In this document: positions 1 to 13,553 of the stretch, one piece after another | Numbering within the stretch: position 1 is the first letter of the stretch | How the letters are laid out: each line of letters opens with the position of its first letter | Assembly (NCBI GenBank): GCA_021432655.1 | Contig: MU271583.1 | Coordinates: 1-41,882 of the forward strand | Origin: Atractiella rhizophila | Taxonomy: Eukaryota | Reading direction: 5' to 3' | Length of the DNA stretch: 41,882 nt | Notes under the pieces: generated by a model | Databases searched by the model: none | What the model was told of the DNA's origin: nothing | The model's input: the letters and a program-made list of their open reading frames with translations, nothing else | Position numbers and translations under genes: made by a program

Positions 1-503
1 TAAAGAGCATCGTTAATGTATGCATTTCACTCCACTAAATAACAGATAGCACAATGCATTAGGGATTTTATATCTCTGCAAAGAATTGAGGTAAGTCAGG
101 CAAGGTAAGGGTTGAGAAAGGGGACATTCCAAAGCATAAGTCGAGAAGGACTGAATTAATTCACTTTTCAAGCAAGGAGTCGGAAACGAGACCGGAAGGA
201 AGAGAGGGGGAGGACCTAAAAGAGAAGAGAAGAGAGGGAAGGGAGAACAACAACGCAGACGATCGTTCGGTAAGGTAACGATGATAAACTGGCAATTTTC
301 AGATTCAGAGCAGGAATTGGCAAGAAAGTGGTACGGATGCTTGTTTAACTTAATAAACGGAAACGGGAGCGTAGGCCAGCCAGTACAAAGGCTGGTTGGC
401 TGGATTGAAATAAATGTGGACGGAAGCTTGAATATACGAGTCGAGGCAATCGAGATTGAGACCGCATTCTTGATTATTATGAGTTTTGATTGATTGTCGA
501 GGA

Positions 504-2432
504 CTACCTGCTAGGGTACGGGAAATCCTTCGATGAACGAAGCAAAATTCCTGTCAAACATACTCAGCATACAACATTGGCAAGAAAAGGGACGGGCAGG
601 GAAGAGAGTGGCTTACTAATGTTGTTAAGGAAAATGGCTACCATGGCCAAATAAGAGCTGGAGACCCCAGCTTCATGTTTTCTTCCCTCCAAGAGGAACT
701 CGCGCATAGAGATCATTTCCAGCCCCAATTCATGTGTTGGATTGGCAGCCTGATGTCGCTATTAGCTTTGAGTAAATGACGAGAAAGGCGGGAAACATAC
801 AGGATCCGAACTCTGAACTTGGGTAAGGTCGATTCGATGAATCTGGTGTGTGTACGAAACACGGTCTTTGATCCTACGATAGGATGGTTGTCCGGTAGGC
901 ACATCCTTTACTACAATTTAAGATAACAAAGGGACATCAGCCACCTAAGTTTACGACAAAGATATTACGAACCTTGGGTTTCGAGGTTCACGCTGATCCT
1001 CCAGTCGTATTCGTACTTAGGACAGTAGACGTTCAGATCCCCCAACTTGGTTTTCTGCATGACTCCATTCTCGATGATAGCATTCGTGGTATAGTCTCTC
1101 GAGACGCGACTATATCGGTAACCCAAGGATGCACAGGAGTAAACGTCGAGCGTCAGCTTGAAGGAGTAGGGACCACTTACGTCTTAACACCGCGCTGGCC
1201 GGAGGGAAAGAATTCGTCTATGGTTCTCGTTTGGACGTAATCGTAAACCGATCCTCTCAGCGTGCCCTTCATCTCGGACGCCACCTTCTCTATTCGTTGG
1301 TTCAAGAGATCGTTGAAGTGACTGTGTTGAACCTAAACGCCGGGTTGCAAGAGTTGAGTTATAATATGGTGTATAAAATCAAGAGAACTCACGGGAGGGA
1401 TGATGCTCTCGAATCGAATACCTGGCATACCAGGTGCCAAAACTGTCATGTAGTCAGTTCTCGCCTTTCGCATTCATCAGAGGGTAAGAACTTACTGGTT
1501 TCTGTCACGACGGGCAACATTAATCTCGTGCCAGTCTTATTGTCCAGGATCCTACCGATCTTAGCTTCAATCTCCACCTCCTGCTTTGGCGCATTCGGAT
1601 GCTTCCCGGTCGCGTACTTCCTGACCGCCTCCCAGATCCAATCCGCCAAATGCTTCACCACCTCGTCCAATGGCGATTCGGCAAAGAAACTGTCTTGCAG
1701 CACCATGTCTTGTTGCGGAGGCGGACGCCTGAGAGAGGCAGGGGGAAGAGCGGGCGGCGGGATGTGAGCTGAAGGAGGGAAGGCATGAGGATGTGACGGA
1801 GGAAGAGGCTGAGGTGCGACCCCTCGCATGGGCGTTCCATGATGGGATTGATGGGAAGAAGAGGATCCGGAAGCTGGGGGAGGAGGAGGGGCCGCAGTGT
1901 AAGGCATATGATGGGGATAATAAGGCGGTCCAAGCATAGGTGGCGCGCCAGGAGGGTAAGATCCACCTCCGGCTGGACGAGGGGAGTGAGAAGGGACGTA
2001 TGGACCAGGAGGACTGGGGTTAGCATCGTGCATGACAGGGACCGACGGTCGCCTCCTCACACCCATTTCGGCTTCGGGATAAGGAGGAGGGACGAATTGA
2101 CGGTCGCGATCGTACCCCGACGGCGGTCCTCTCGGATAGGGAGGTGACTCGTCCCCGTCTCCACTGTGACGATTGCGCTTCTGGCGTTTCGGTGCTGGTT
2201 CTTCGTGATATCCGTTCGAATGCGGAGGACCCCCAGCTGGCCTGTACGGGAGTTGGGCTGAGGACGAGGAGGATGTGGCGGTACCGTTCGGGGCGTCGGA
2301 CATTGGGTTCAGGACGGCAGAGAAGGAATGACGAGCTGAGGAGCCGGAGTGACCTGCAGAAGACGGAGGAGATGGGCTCGGTCCATGATCCCTGTGAGCC
2401 TGAGCGGGAGGTGCGGCCGGGGGAGAGTCCAT
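504..2432 (-). CDS. CET1: mRNA 5'-triphosphatase (capping enzyme beta subunit, Cet1/Pct1, CYTH-like) with long Pro-rich N-terminus; multi-exon
   Basis: Motif A 'EVEIEAKIGRILD..TGTRLMLPV..ET' and motif C-like 'THELGLEM'. ATG at 2432 (MDSPP). GT-AG introns, e.g. 1495-1443. Last exon reads RILLRSSKDFPYPSR*, stop 506-504. Confidence 0.88.
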
Positions 2433-5084
2433 AGTGGTTTGTAGGTTGGAAGGAGAGAGGCGGATAGGCTTAGGCTGAAAGAAAAGATTTGATGTGGCGA
2501 AACCCTTGCTTGAACGAAAAGCGAGGGAAATAAGGAAATGAGATCCCCTCGAAGCGCGAATGGTGTCAGCAGTTGAATGACACGGATGGCACGTAGAGGA
2601 AAAGTGAAATAAGCTTCCAGACGGAAGATAAGCAGAATAAGAGACTTTAGATATCTTTATAAGTAGGGAAAAGAAGAAGGGATGGTCGAGATGGTCGATA
2701 GGATTTGATGAGTTTGTGCGGGTTGGGGCATAAATCTCGACAAATAGGCAGACAAATAGCCTAGAGTGATGACCAGATCGTGAAATCGATGTAGTTGTGC
2801 TGAAAAGGTAATAAAAAAGGTCGGTCGAAGGTCCAAATCGTTCGTTCGTTGTTTGTAGCGTGAGCTCGGAAGAGTATTCAACTGTTTGCAAAGGACAAAC
2901 AGGGCGAAAGTCGCAGCTTGGCTGGGACGGAGGTGAATGCGAAGTGGCGGCTGGTTAGCTGGCTGAGCAGGGTTAAGTAGGGGTGCTTGAACTCAAACTC
3001 GGACTGAGATTGAACACTGAATGCTGACTGAAACTGAATAGGCTGGGAATACGCGAGATTAAGATTGGTTGAATGGAAAGAAGCAGATTGAGGAGAAGGT
3101 GGTGCTCACTGCCAAACAACTCAACACAACCCTCAACCTTGTCACTCTGCTGAGCACCCAAGAGCTTGCTGAGGGCCTGGCTCCCCTTTTTTCGCTTGAG
3201 CGGAGTCCGCAACTAACTACTAGCTTCTCGTCGTTCAAAAAGAGGCTTCGCAGAGTCTGTCTCAAAGTTGACTTCAAAGGGAACGCGCGAAGTAGCAGAA
3301 ACCTTATTAAGCTCATCACTATCGGGTCCGACCAAACGGCCAAGTAGCCTTTTCTTCGTCCCTATGAAAAGGGAATTTGTTACCCCACCCCCCGATATTT
3401 CAATGTGTTCAACAGAGGATAGCTCATCTTTGTGCGATCTTCTATAACCAACATCCTACTTTAGATGGATGCATCACGACTCAAAGAGCTCCGAAGGATG
3501 CCTCATCATGGGATGAGGGAACCAACTCCAGCTACATACAGCCTGGCATTGCGTCGGGGGAACTGCCAAACTGGGAATACCTGACGTGCCGATGCTGCGT
3601 CCCTTTGTCCTTCTACACTTCTCATCTATTGACAGCTGTCATGAAGAAGTGTGTTGTAAGCGCCAATGCCAATGCGACTAGCTCATGCATGGTTTGCTGG
3701 TTTATGCAAAATTATCATTTCATTTGAGTTTCCTAGCTATCGGACGAAAGAAAGAGACCTTGTCCTTGGGACAGTAAAATGTGGATAAACCTCTGACCTT
3801 TTTGAATGTTGACAGTGTTTTCTGCTCGGAGAGGAGCCAATTGCATCGTAATCGCCTCATTGAGGTTGGGCGACTGTTTTCAGCGCGTAGCAATTTATTT
3901 CGCTTTCTAGATCGATATTATGGTGTTCTTCCGATTATTATTCACAGCCAGCCTTTCACATAATATGAAGTTTAACAGCACGTGAACGCGTGAACATCAA
4001 ATGAAAGAAAAGCTCAGTCGTCATTCTTCTTATCGCTTCATTTGATGGCATGTTTTTACGCTTTGAACCTCGAATCCCTCTCTTTCGGGCCATTTCAAAC
4101 CTTTTCAGCTGAGCAAAGGAGCGGACAGCTCAATCGATCACAGCCGTGATGTTCTGTTTCTGCCACTGATAGTAAGTACCCTGTTGCGCAGAGGAAAACG
4201 TCGTCGACTATTAAGGCATCGGAGTATCAAACCCAGAGATGCACTGACAAATGTCAAAAAGACATTACTTTGCCCTTTCCGGTGATGGACCATCTAGCCG
4301 CCCGATCGTTGATGTTTTGGAGTGCATGGTGATTAATCCGATTATCAATAATGATTATTGTAACGATCAGTACAGGGGATTGGCAGATGGGAACTTTTTA
4401 CACCTTTCACACCTCGTTGGATTCAGTCAGGTTTTGTACTGACAAAAAAGAAGACAGTAGAGGACGCACTGAGTACAACGCTTTTCTTCGGTACGAGAAA
4501 GACACTAGTTCCCTTTGAAGAGCTTTCGTTATGTGATCGTGAGGGAACTACCCTTGGTTGCCTGGAAAAGTTAACGTTATGGAAATTCTGGGAGCAAGCA
4601 ACGGTGGGAAATGGAACATCCTTCCAACGCGGAATCGCGGTTAACTCGCATGTGCTCCTCGACGACATCGACAAAAGTAATTCGTTAGGTATTATGCAAG
4701 CCTCGTGTCGCAATCAGGGGTGCTCTTCGAAACACCTTCCTGTCCTACATTTTCATCCCTATCGCAATTCGTCACCTTGACGAATTGGCGCAATTGGTCC
4801 TTACCATGCACTCGCACTCTTCATCACCGTTTGCACTTCGAAATTTGTCTCTCCGAACGAGAAGGGAGGTTGGGAATAAAGGGGTGTTGTGCTTGAACGA
4901 GGACATCTTAACAGGAAGTCCCAATAAGAGGTAAGAGGTCCAAAATGAAACTTGTTCCTCAATGAAACTCAAGACTCATTCCAAACTTTGGTGAACTGCT
5001 GGATTGGGAGATAAAAAAGGAATCTTATTAATATTCAGGAGCCTACATCTACTGCTCTTTTCAATCCACCCAAACTTCATCCAC

Positions 5085-7234
5085 CTACGCAGACAGGAAG
5101 CTTGCAACATGGCTGTTCATCACCACCAAGATTAGCTCTATACTCTGCATATAAAAGAGAAGACGCACCTCTCGATCGTCTTCTTGAGGGAGGCATCGAT
5201 AGCATCAGTCATGGAACCTTTCGAAATTTCAGCCAAAAGAGACTGCTCATTCGCCCTCAGGTGCTCCAAGAAGCTCTGTTCCCAAGGAGTGATCTTCTCG
5301 ACGGGGACCTTATCAAGGAGACCGTTAACACCGGCATAAATGATGGGGACCTGGAGCTCAAAAGCCAAAGGTTGGTATTGGCCCTGCTTCAAAAGTTCCG
5401 TCAACCTCGAACCCCTGTTGAGGAGGAAACGAGTGGAGGCATCCAAGTCGGAACCGAATTGGGCGAAGGCGGCAACATCACGGTATTGGGCGAGGTAGAG
5501 CTTGAGACGACCGGCGACGGATTTCATGATCTTCGTTTGGGCGGCGGAACCGACACGGGAGACGGAAAGACCAACATCGATGGCGGGCCTGACACCCTTG
5601 AAGAACAATTCGGCTTGCAAGAAGCTGCACAAATCGTTGGCCATATGTAAGATGAATAGAAGAAGAGACAAACATTTGACCATCAGTGATACTGATGACA
5701 TTGGTCGGGATATAAGCCGACACGTCACCACCTTGAGTCTCGATGACAGGTAGAGCAGTGAGAGATCCACCACCATGCGACTCGTTCATCTTGGCGGCAC
5801 GCTCCAACAGACGGGAGTGGAGGTACTATGGAGCCCGTTAACATTCGTCTTTGAAAAGAGAAAGGAGGCAAAAACTGACGAAGACGTCACCAGGGTAAGC
5901 CTCACGACCAGGAGGACGCCTGAGAAGAAGAGACATTTGACGGTAAGCCACGGCCTGCTTGGACAGATCGTCGTAGATGATCAAAGCGTGCTTTCCGTTA
6001 TCCCTGAACCATTCTCCGATAGCGCAACCAGAGAAAGGAGCCAAGTACTGAAGAGGGGCAGCCTCGGAGGCGGTGGCAGCGACGATGATGGTGTACTTCA
6101 TCGCGTCATTCTCTTCCAGAGTCTGCACCAACTGAGCGACGGTGGACCTCTTCTGACCAATAGCGACGTAGACACAGTAGAGCTTCTGAGCCTCGTCCTG
6201 ACCATCGTTCCATCGCTTCTGATTAAGAATGGTGTCAATAGCGACGGCGGTTTTTCCGGTTTGCCTGTCACCGATGATCAACTCTCGCTGTCCTCGACCG
6301 ATGGGAACCATGGCGTCGATGGACTTGAGACCGGTCATCATAGGCTGGTTGACGGAACGCCTGGGCAAGACACCAGGAGCCTTCAAGGAGGTACGCCTCC
6401 TCTCGGCAGCCTCAATGGGTCCCTTTCCGTCGATGGGATTTCCGAGAGCGTCAACAACTCGTCCCAGAAGTTTTGGTCCGACGGGGACATCGACGATTTG
6501 TCCAGTCCTCTTGACGGTGTCTCCTTCACGAATAAGACGGTCGGATCCGAAAATGGTCACTCCGACATTGTCGGCTTCAAGATTGAGACACATGCCACGA
6601 ACGCCAGAAGAGAATTCCACCATCTCCTCTGGGAGTCGCAAGAGGGACGGCAACCATTTCGTTTAACCCGAGAATGTCCGAAAAAATGGGCATGCTCACC
6701 TGCTTGCACGTTCCGGAGACCATACACACGGGCGATACCTTAGCAATGCGTATTCGTCAGGCTTCTCTTCCTTCTACTGCAGGAAGACCTCCATACCATC
6801 ACCAATAGTCAATACACGTCCAGTTTCCTGAACGTCGGAGCTAGCACTCGTTCCGGCGATGCGAGACTCGAGAATGGAAGAGACTTCAGACACAGCTAAT
6901 AGAGAGGGAAAGAAAACAAGAGTTTGTCAGTAAACCATGTCCCACCACTTTTGACGACACCATCCCCCAACGCCGAAGAGGAGGCCGTTCTGCCGAAAAA
7001 AAATAAAAACTCACCAGCCTTGGGGGTAGCGTATGTCCTAATGGCATTAAAAGCCGGAGCTGAGCGAATAAACTGTCGTTCACAAATTGTCACCAAGCCC
7101 AACCACGTTTCCAAGGAGTGAAAATTTTTCCATGTTTTTCGTCAGGAAAAATTGGTCTGAAGAGTGAAAAAAGTGCGTACGGATTGGGCAGGCTTTGAAG
7201 ACCTGGCCAAGCTTCTGAATGCTAGCGAAGCCAT
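5085..7234 (-). CDS. ATP1: Mitochondrial F1 ATP synthase subunit alpha; multi-exon
   Basis: [18 protein letters not shown]-loop, [33 protein letters not shown]-terminal presequence [14 protein letters not shown]. Last exon HVASFLSA*. Confidence 0.98.
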
Positions 7235-8070
7235 TTTGAGGAAGTATGTGTGGTGGAGGAATGAGGGTGGTGGATGTTAGTTAGAATGTCCGGTGTGTGT
7301 CCCCTTGAGGGTTTAATGCAACCGAAAAGTGCCGGCACGCAAACACAGCCAATCGTTACTACTTCATCACCTGCAGCTTTGCAACATGTCCTTTTTCGCT
7401 GGTTTTCGACGTGAGCATCTCTTAGGCAACGTGACAATTAGATGTTGATGCACTTAACCCAGAAATGGGGACCGGAAGGCAGTTAGCTGTGAGTTTTATT
7501 ATTGTTTCCAACAAATGCCTGTCGAATTCATGCTTGCTCGACTTTAGGTCCTTGGGACCCTTGGATTTGGTGCTTGGGCTATAGGCATGTCTCTCGTGAT
7601 CCTCGGAAGACTTTCTTGACCGTTATTATAACCTGTAGGTACCATGGTATACGATGTTGGACGTCTGATTACGATCCAGCAAAACGAGCTCTCGAAAGAG
7701 CAACATCCTGTTCCCAAAGCGCCGACAATGAAGGATGTTTTCTCGAATGAGAAAGACGGTGGGCCGCGATAGTGCCTAGGCTCCTGCTTTTATTGCACCT
7801 ATTTAGCCTTTCGACTTTGTATCTTCAGAAGCATCTGTCGTTATACACGTTATGCTACTTATAAGTTTCGTGGAACCTAGCATCCCATTCTCCTACGTTC
7901 CCATTCTGATAGAAAGAAAAGGCTAAGGGAACAATCGTGAAAACTGCCTTGACATTGGCAGAAGCGGGCCAAACCACCAATTCCTTCGGAGCCGAAGCTC
8001 GTACAAGGAGCCATTCTGCATTTCCAAACCGAAAACACCAAAGTTCCAGCCTTCTTTACGACTTGATATA

Positions 8071-8546
8071 ATGTCGAACCCCATTCGTGTTCGTCTCCAC
8101 AACATCGCCAGTCGATGGCCCAAGGACCCTCTGCGGATGCGATACCAGTTTCGCGACTCCCTGAAGACTCTCCACAAAGAGTTGACATGGATGGAGAGCG
8201 ACTCTAAACCGGGACAAACACAAATGACGAAGGAAGGCAAGGAGACGAAATGGGACGAGGAAGGCATGCTGAATTCTTTAGAGAGGTTATTGAAGAATCA
8301 GGCGTACAAACGAGTCAGTTTACCTTCAAGGTCATTATTGCTGCAGAACGCTCTAATAAATTTCTGAAACAGTATCCAACGCCAGGATCGATACTTCATC
8401 CTGCAACCTCGCCACAGTATTTTGAACGGTTGACACTAGCTTTCAAGGACGGAAGAGAGAGGTATGACAAAGGTACTCCGGTGGACGTGAATGCCTATCT
8501 CGAAGGTAAAGGAGGACTGTTCTCCCGATTATTTGGGAATAAATAG
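8071..8546 (+). CDS. CBP6: Complex III assembly factor Cbp6/UQCC2-like; one intron 8314-8372
   Basis: WPKDPLR..QF, SLERLLKN.AYKRYP....LHPATSPQYFERL pattern typical of fungal Cbp6; splicing joins two ORFs in frame. Confidence 0.75.
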
Positions 8547-8650
8547 TTGTTGTGCGTGCTTTGCGACTGAAGCGAAACATTGTGCTTATGACTGTTATAT
8601 ACACAGACTTAATTGGCACAGTACGAAGTAATGCACGAGTACTACTCCTC

Positions 8651-9239
8651 TCACTTCTGGTCCCCATCGCCGAATGCATCCTTCGGTACTACGCTCTGAA
8701 TTTCTGTCAATGCTCCCTGTGATGCAGGTCACCATGCGAACAAAAGAGACAACAAACTGACATACAGGCAAGATAAACGTGAAGTCTCCCTTCCTGGGAG
8801 CAATTTCTGTTTCATAGGCGACCCAGAGCCCGCAACGAGCGCATTCAAGCCGCTGCTGAATCTCGTAATCATTTCCCCTACACATCTCCCATCAGTTCTT
8901 TCGTTTTTACAGACATTTGACGTGTGCAGCAGACCTTGGAACTGCAGTCACTTTCCCCGGCTTCGCATTAATGCGATACACCCGCTTCTCCTTGCCTAGA
9001 TCTGGCGCGTTAACGTTCCTCACTACGTAGCTTCCATCCTCTGGCCTTGCTGGAAGAAGGCGTAGACGCTTGTCAATCACACAGACGAATTCGCCACATA
9101 GACAGTAATAAACTGGGTACTGAGGTTCAGAAGCTGGCTATTCCATGAACTTGTCAGCCGAGACTTCACTGAAAGGGGCAACACTCACATCTTCGTCTTT
9201 GGAGACAGAAATATGGACTCGAGCGGCTGGATTTGGCAT
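8651..9239 (-). CDS. STEEP1/CXorf56 (UPF0428) family protein; multi-exon
   Basis: Spliced reading: VYYCLCGEFVCVIDKRLRLLPARPEDGSYVV...YEIQQRLECARCGLWVAYE...FTFILPGALTE...GDQK*; ATG at 9239. Confidence 0.8.
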
Positions 9240-9472
9240 TTTGCATCAAGTTGGTCGCAAAGTCAGGTGATTTATGATGAGAACCCACCGAAACAAAGAC
9301 AACCAATCGCATCTCAGCACGCAGTCCAGGAAACGACGACAATCTTCATTCTTCAATCTTCCTAACTTGCAGTACCTCAAGCTCCCAAGTCGCCTATGCG
9401 AGTTCCTACCCACCTACATTCCTTATAGATTTCCTTTTTTGGTTTATATTTTCCTCTACAACACAACCCAAC

Positions 9473-11883
9473 ATGGACCAATTTGAGGACGCAGCAGAGA
9501 ACATTGCGGAAGGTCATATCGAAAAGTCGATTCTTCATTTCAATTCAGTGAGTGATGAGAGGGCTAAGTTGACTATCTCTGACTTTGGAGCAGAACATCA
9601 CTCAGCTCACCCGGCTTGGGAGTTCTCGCCATGAGTCTGAAGACATAGACGTTGAGAAGTTCAAGAAGAATGTTGTGAAATGTTACTTGATCCTAGACAA
9701 GTGGCTACATAAGATCAATGCTGAACTCTGGAGAATAAGAAATGGCTGGGAACATGAACAGAGCAGGAATACTTACGGTCTCATTGTGAGTTGTCTGCAT
9801 TCAAGTAGAAAGGGAATGGGAAAAGTCCAAAGTTTAATCTCTGATCCAATTTGCGTTAGCTCTACTTCATCTTTTGGTACCTCAACATAGTCCCATTTCT
9901 GCTCTGCCTCCTTGTTTGCTATCACCTCACACCAATTCCTCTATTCTCAGCGTCGCATCCAACAATCTTGATCGACGACGCCGACTCCGGAATTGGCTCC
10001 GAAGATTCTCCAACAGACACATCACTACCGACGCCATGCGATCGTGCCAATGCGCTGGCCGCCTTCCTCTCCTCTCTCCTACCTCAGACCTCCAAGAGGA
10101 CAGAAACACCTACAAATTTTACAACATTCCAACCTCGCACTCGCCGATCCTCGCTACAACAACGCCAGTCTCTCACCTCTCTCAACTCGCCGCTGGCTGC
10201 CTACAGCTCAATACACTCCTCGTCCACCCTTTCTTCCCCCGTAGTTTCTTCCCCTGCCTCACCTACCTTCTCATCCGGCGGCTGGAGCGCCATGAGACGT
10301 CACCAGCAGACCGCAAGCACTCCTCAAACAGCCATTACGCGACCACCAAGCTGGATCGCCCCTCCTCTTCGACGCTCAGATTCAACGCCTCCTGTTCGAC
10401 CGGAAACACCGACTTTTGGAAGACCTGCTACTCCATTGCAAGGAAGATCGACTAATGCACCGAAGTTGAAAAACAGGAGCATGAGCATATCTGAGGCATT
10501 TGGACCATCATTCCTCAACTTTGTCCATCCAATCGAAAAGGTGGCAACAGGAGTGATTGAAGTGGATGAGCGTCTGAGCGCTGTCCTCGAGAGCTCACAG
10601 AATGAGAAGTTGTTGGAGCGAGAGGAGAAGGAAGAGTGGCAGTGGAAATTGGAAGATTTGATGAGGGAGGAAAACATTTCGGACCTGCACCGTGGCCGTC
10701 ATTGGTCTAAAGATCCTAAAACGGTATTGTCGCTCGCAGTCTTTGCAAGTGGACTCATCCTCGTCTCTGTCGGCCTGCGAACCATCTCTAAAGTTACCTT
10801 CGCCTTTGTTGGATTCTGGCTCTTTGGCAAACCATTTGCGGGCGTATGGAACGAGCTCTGGGCTGTCATCAAACTCAAAGCGAAAGTCGCACGGTATGTC
10901 CTTATTCATCCTGATAAAGCACCGACTGATATTTGACAGCCTGCTGCGATCTGCTTTTCCAACTCAGGTTCAGATGTCGTTTCGCACGATCCGGACGGCG
11001 AGGAAAGACGGACTATCTATCTTTGCTGTCGAACCCGAAGACGCCCCACTCTGCATCACCCCAACGAGAAGCAACTCACTTGTTATCGCGAAATCTCAAA
11101 CTTCAAGCGATGATGTGGTGCGACTTGCACCTGCCGAAGAAATCCTGCGAAAGAGGAGGAGTCCAACCCTTGAAACAAAGGAGGACAAGATAACATTTCC
11201 GACAGCCCATCCCGAACGAGTTGGTGTCGTCTCGTCTGCCTTTTTGGATGTGCAGAAGGTGCGACCTAGAAATCTCTCTGTACCCGGTCCAGCACGCAAG
11301 AGCGAAAGTCCGTCGGCTCCTACGAAGCGAAACTCAATACAGCGTGTCGACGATGCAGCGTCCGATGATGAGAGGGAGAAGAGGTGGAGTGACATGCTGG
11401 ATGAAGCTTCGCAGCGCCTTCATTCAACAACAGACAGTTTGTTTCTTCTACTGCATTGCTATTTTCTGTTGCTGAACGACCCTAATAGCGTTCTATTGCC
11501 AACACAACAATATCCCCGGTAATCTCGTCCTCTCTGTACCCCTCCCCGGAGCGCGAACCACCCGTCGTTCAAAAGCTACACTTTCTTTTGTTCCGGGAAT
11601 TGCCTCCTCCCAACTGCCCGTTAAGAGCGCTACGACATCGAAGAGTCTCTCGCATGGTCGACGGCGCAGTTCAAGACACATATTGCAGTCTCTGGAGCTG
11701 GATCTGGAGGATGTTGTATCTTTGAAGAAGCTGGATGAAGGGCTGGGAGAGGAGGGACTCGAGGTCACGACGAGGGACTTTAGAGGAGACACGGTTTATA
11801 CGTTCAACGGCGTAAAAGATAGAGATGACTGTTTTCTCAGAATGGCTGTGGGGGTGGATAAGAAGTGGGATATTGAACAATAA
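9473..11883 (+). CDS. Hypothetical membrane protein, divergent DUF3292-like, with C-terminal PH/GRAM-like segment; multi-exon
   Basis: Exons join in frame through GT-AG introns. Two hydrophobic helices (VLSLAVFASGLILVSVGL; VTFAFVGFWLFG). Segments 'KFKKNVVKCYL...LWRIRNGWE', 'FPTQVQMSFRTIR' and 'VVSLKK...GLEV...RDDCFLRM...KW' recall DUF3292 proteins. Family call from memory only. Confidence 0.55.
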
Positions 11884-12212
11884 GTGCTTTGTTTATCGTT
11901 TGCAGTTTCGTGCTTTCTTGAATGAGTTTAGTTTTGTTACAGTTATAGATATCTTATTAGGTGGCTTTGGTCTTCCTGATGTATATGTTCATGCATGCTC
12001 TCATGGACAATGGGATTGAAATGGATTTCAGCAAGCTTGGGTTTTTGCCTGCTTCGGCGTTAGCGTCGTTAACAACTTTGGAGAGCATCTCGATCATTTG
12101 TTCCACGACCATCACTTCCTTCCTTGGCAGCAGAATGGAAACCGCCACTAATCCACTCGTGCGTCATTTGCTACGAATGTTCTTTTCTGATAGTGTGCGT
12201 TAGAGCGACCCC

Positions 12213-13101
12213 ATGCAGGCTCCCGCCGCCCCAGTACCTTCCCCAATCGCACCTCCCCCATCCCCTCCCGTCCGTCAGGCCTCCCATGCCTTCGCTTCGT
12301 TCTCTTCCATCACAGGCGGCACTTCTTCGCCTTACATCACTTCGGCCGGATACAATCCAGCGAGATACGAAGACACAAATCGTATGTTCTTTTCTCTTAC
12401 TTTGCTATCGAAGGGTGATGTGGCTGTTTTTGGATCGGCTCAGGAGCTCAGGGCCAGCAACCTGCGGCTCCACAAGGGAGGAGCCAGACGCTAGAAGAGA
12501 TGTATTCCGTCCCAGAGAACTACCTCGAGATCGAAGTCCGTGACCCAAGGACACATGGTCGGTCCTCACCACTCTTTAAAACACCTCCACTCACTATCTA
12601 CATACAGAGTTTGGTCGCAAGATGTATACTGATTACGAGATCATGTGCCGCGTTCGTCTTCTCACCTCAGTGTCCTCCCCGTCTCTCTGGCTAAGTGAGG
12701 TTGCAGACAAACATCCCTGCCTTCCGCGTCAAGTACTCCTCAGTCCGCCGCCGCTACTCCGACTTTGAAGCATTCCGCGATATTCTGGAGAGGGAATCGA
12801 CGAGGGTGAACATCCCTCCTCTCCCCGGAAAGGTGTTCACAAATCGGTGAGTTTTGCCTTGTTCTAGAGAGATGGAGTTGATGTGTCGTCGCACGCAAGT
12901 TTTACGGATGAGGTGATTGAGAGCCGAAGAGAAGGCTTAGAGAGATTCTTACAGATCGTTGCGGGCCATCCTCTCCTTCAGGTGAGTTTTTTTCTTGACA
13001 CGCAGTAGGATGGACGGTGATGCGTTTGGGGAAAGACCGGATCCAAAGTGCTTTGCGCATTCTTGCAAGATCCTAGTTGGGACAAACATTCATACTACTG
13101 A
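12213..13101 (+). CDS. SNX3: Sorting nexin-3 (PX domain); multi-exon
   Basis: [72 protein letters not shown]; stop TGA 13099-13101. Confidence 0.95.
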
Positions 13102-13553
13102 ACTCACTCCCCTAGCTCTCGTCAGAAATGACAAACAGCTCCTCGGCGCGGTCCGACGTCTCCTCTCGTCTCAAGCCCTCCAGTTCAACAAATGACTCGA
13201 CGTTTCTCATTCTGTTTCTACGTTGGTTCCTTTATCTACTATATTAGGGTTCGAACTTGCCCTCTCAAACTACACTGTATATTATCAAGGCGACAGTTAA
13301 ACGTTTGTATGCCGGAATGTGATTTGTATGCAATTTCACAAGATTATCACTCTCATCGAAAGAAGACTGCTGCAGCTTTCTTATGGAGTATCTTGTGGAC
13401 GACAGCGAGCTCTCTAAGCGTTTGCTATCTCAGCCTCTGAAACAGACATTGTTGATGGGAGGAGGCGACTTTCCCTTGCTGAAAAGTCCCAAAATATCGG
13501 AGCTTCCAACTGCCAAAGCACGACCATGACCATTCCGCGCAGACGATAGCAGC

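Noticed and set aside
4146..4247. C-box-like GTGATGT with CTGA motifs and an 8-nt match to 25S rRNA (TTCTGCCA)
   Set aside because: Degenerate C box and a complement short enough to occur by chance.
5102..6743. Long plus-strand ORFs (182 aa and 322 aa) opposite ATP1
   Set aside because: Antisense shadow ORFs expected from the biased codon usage of a highly expressed gene; no recognisable motifs.
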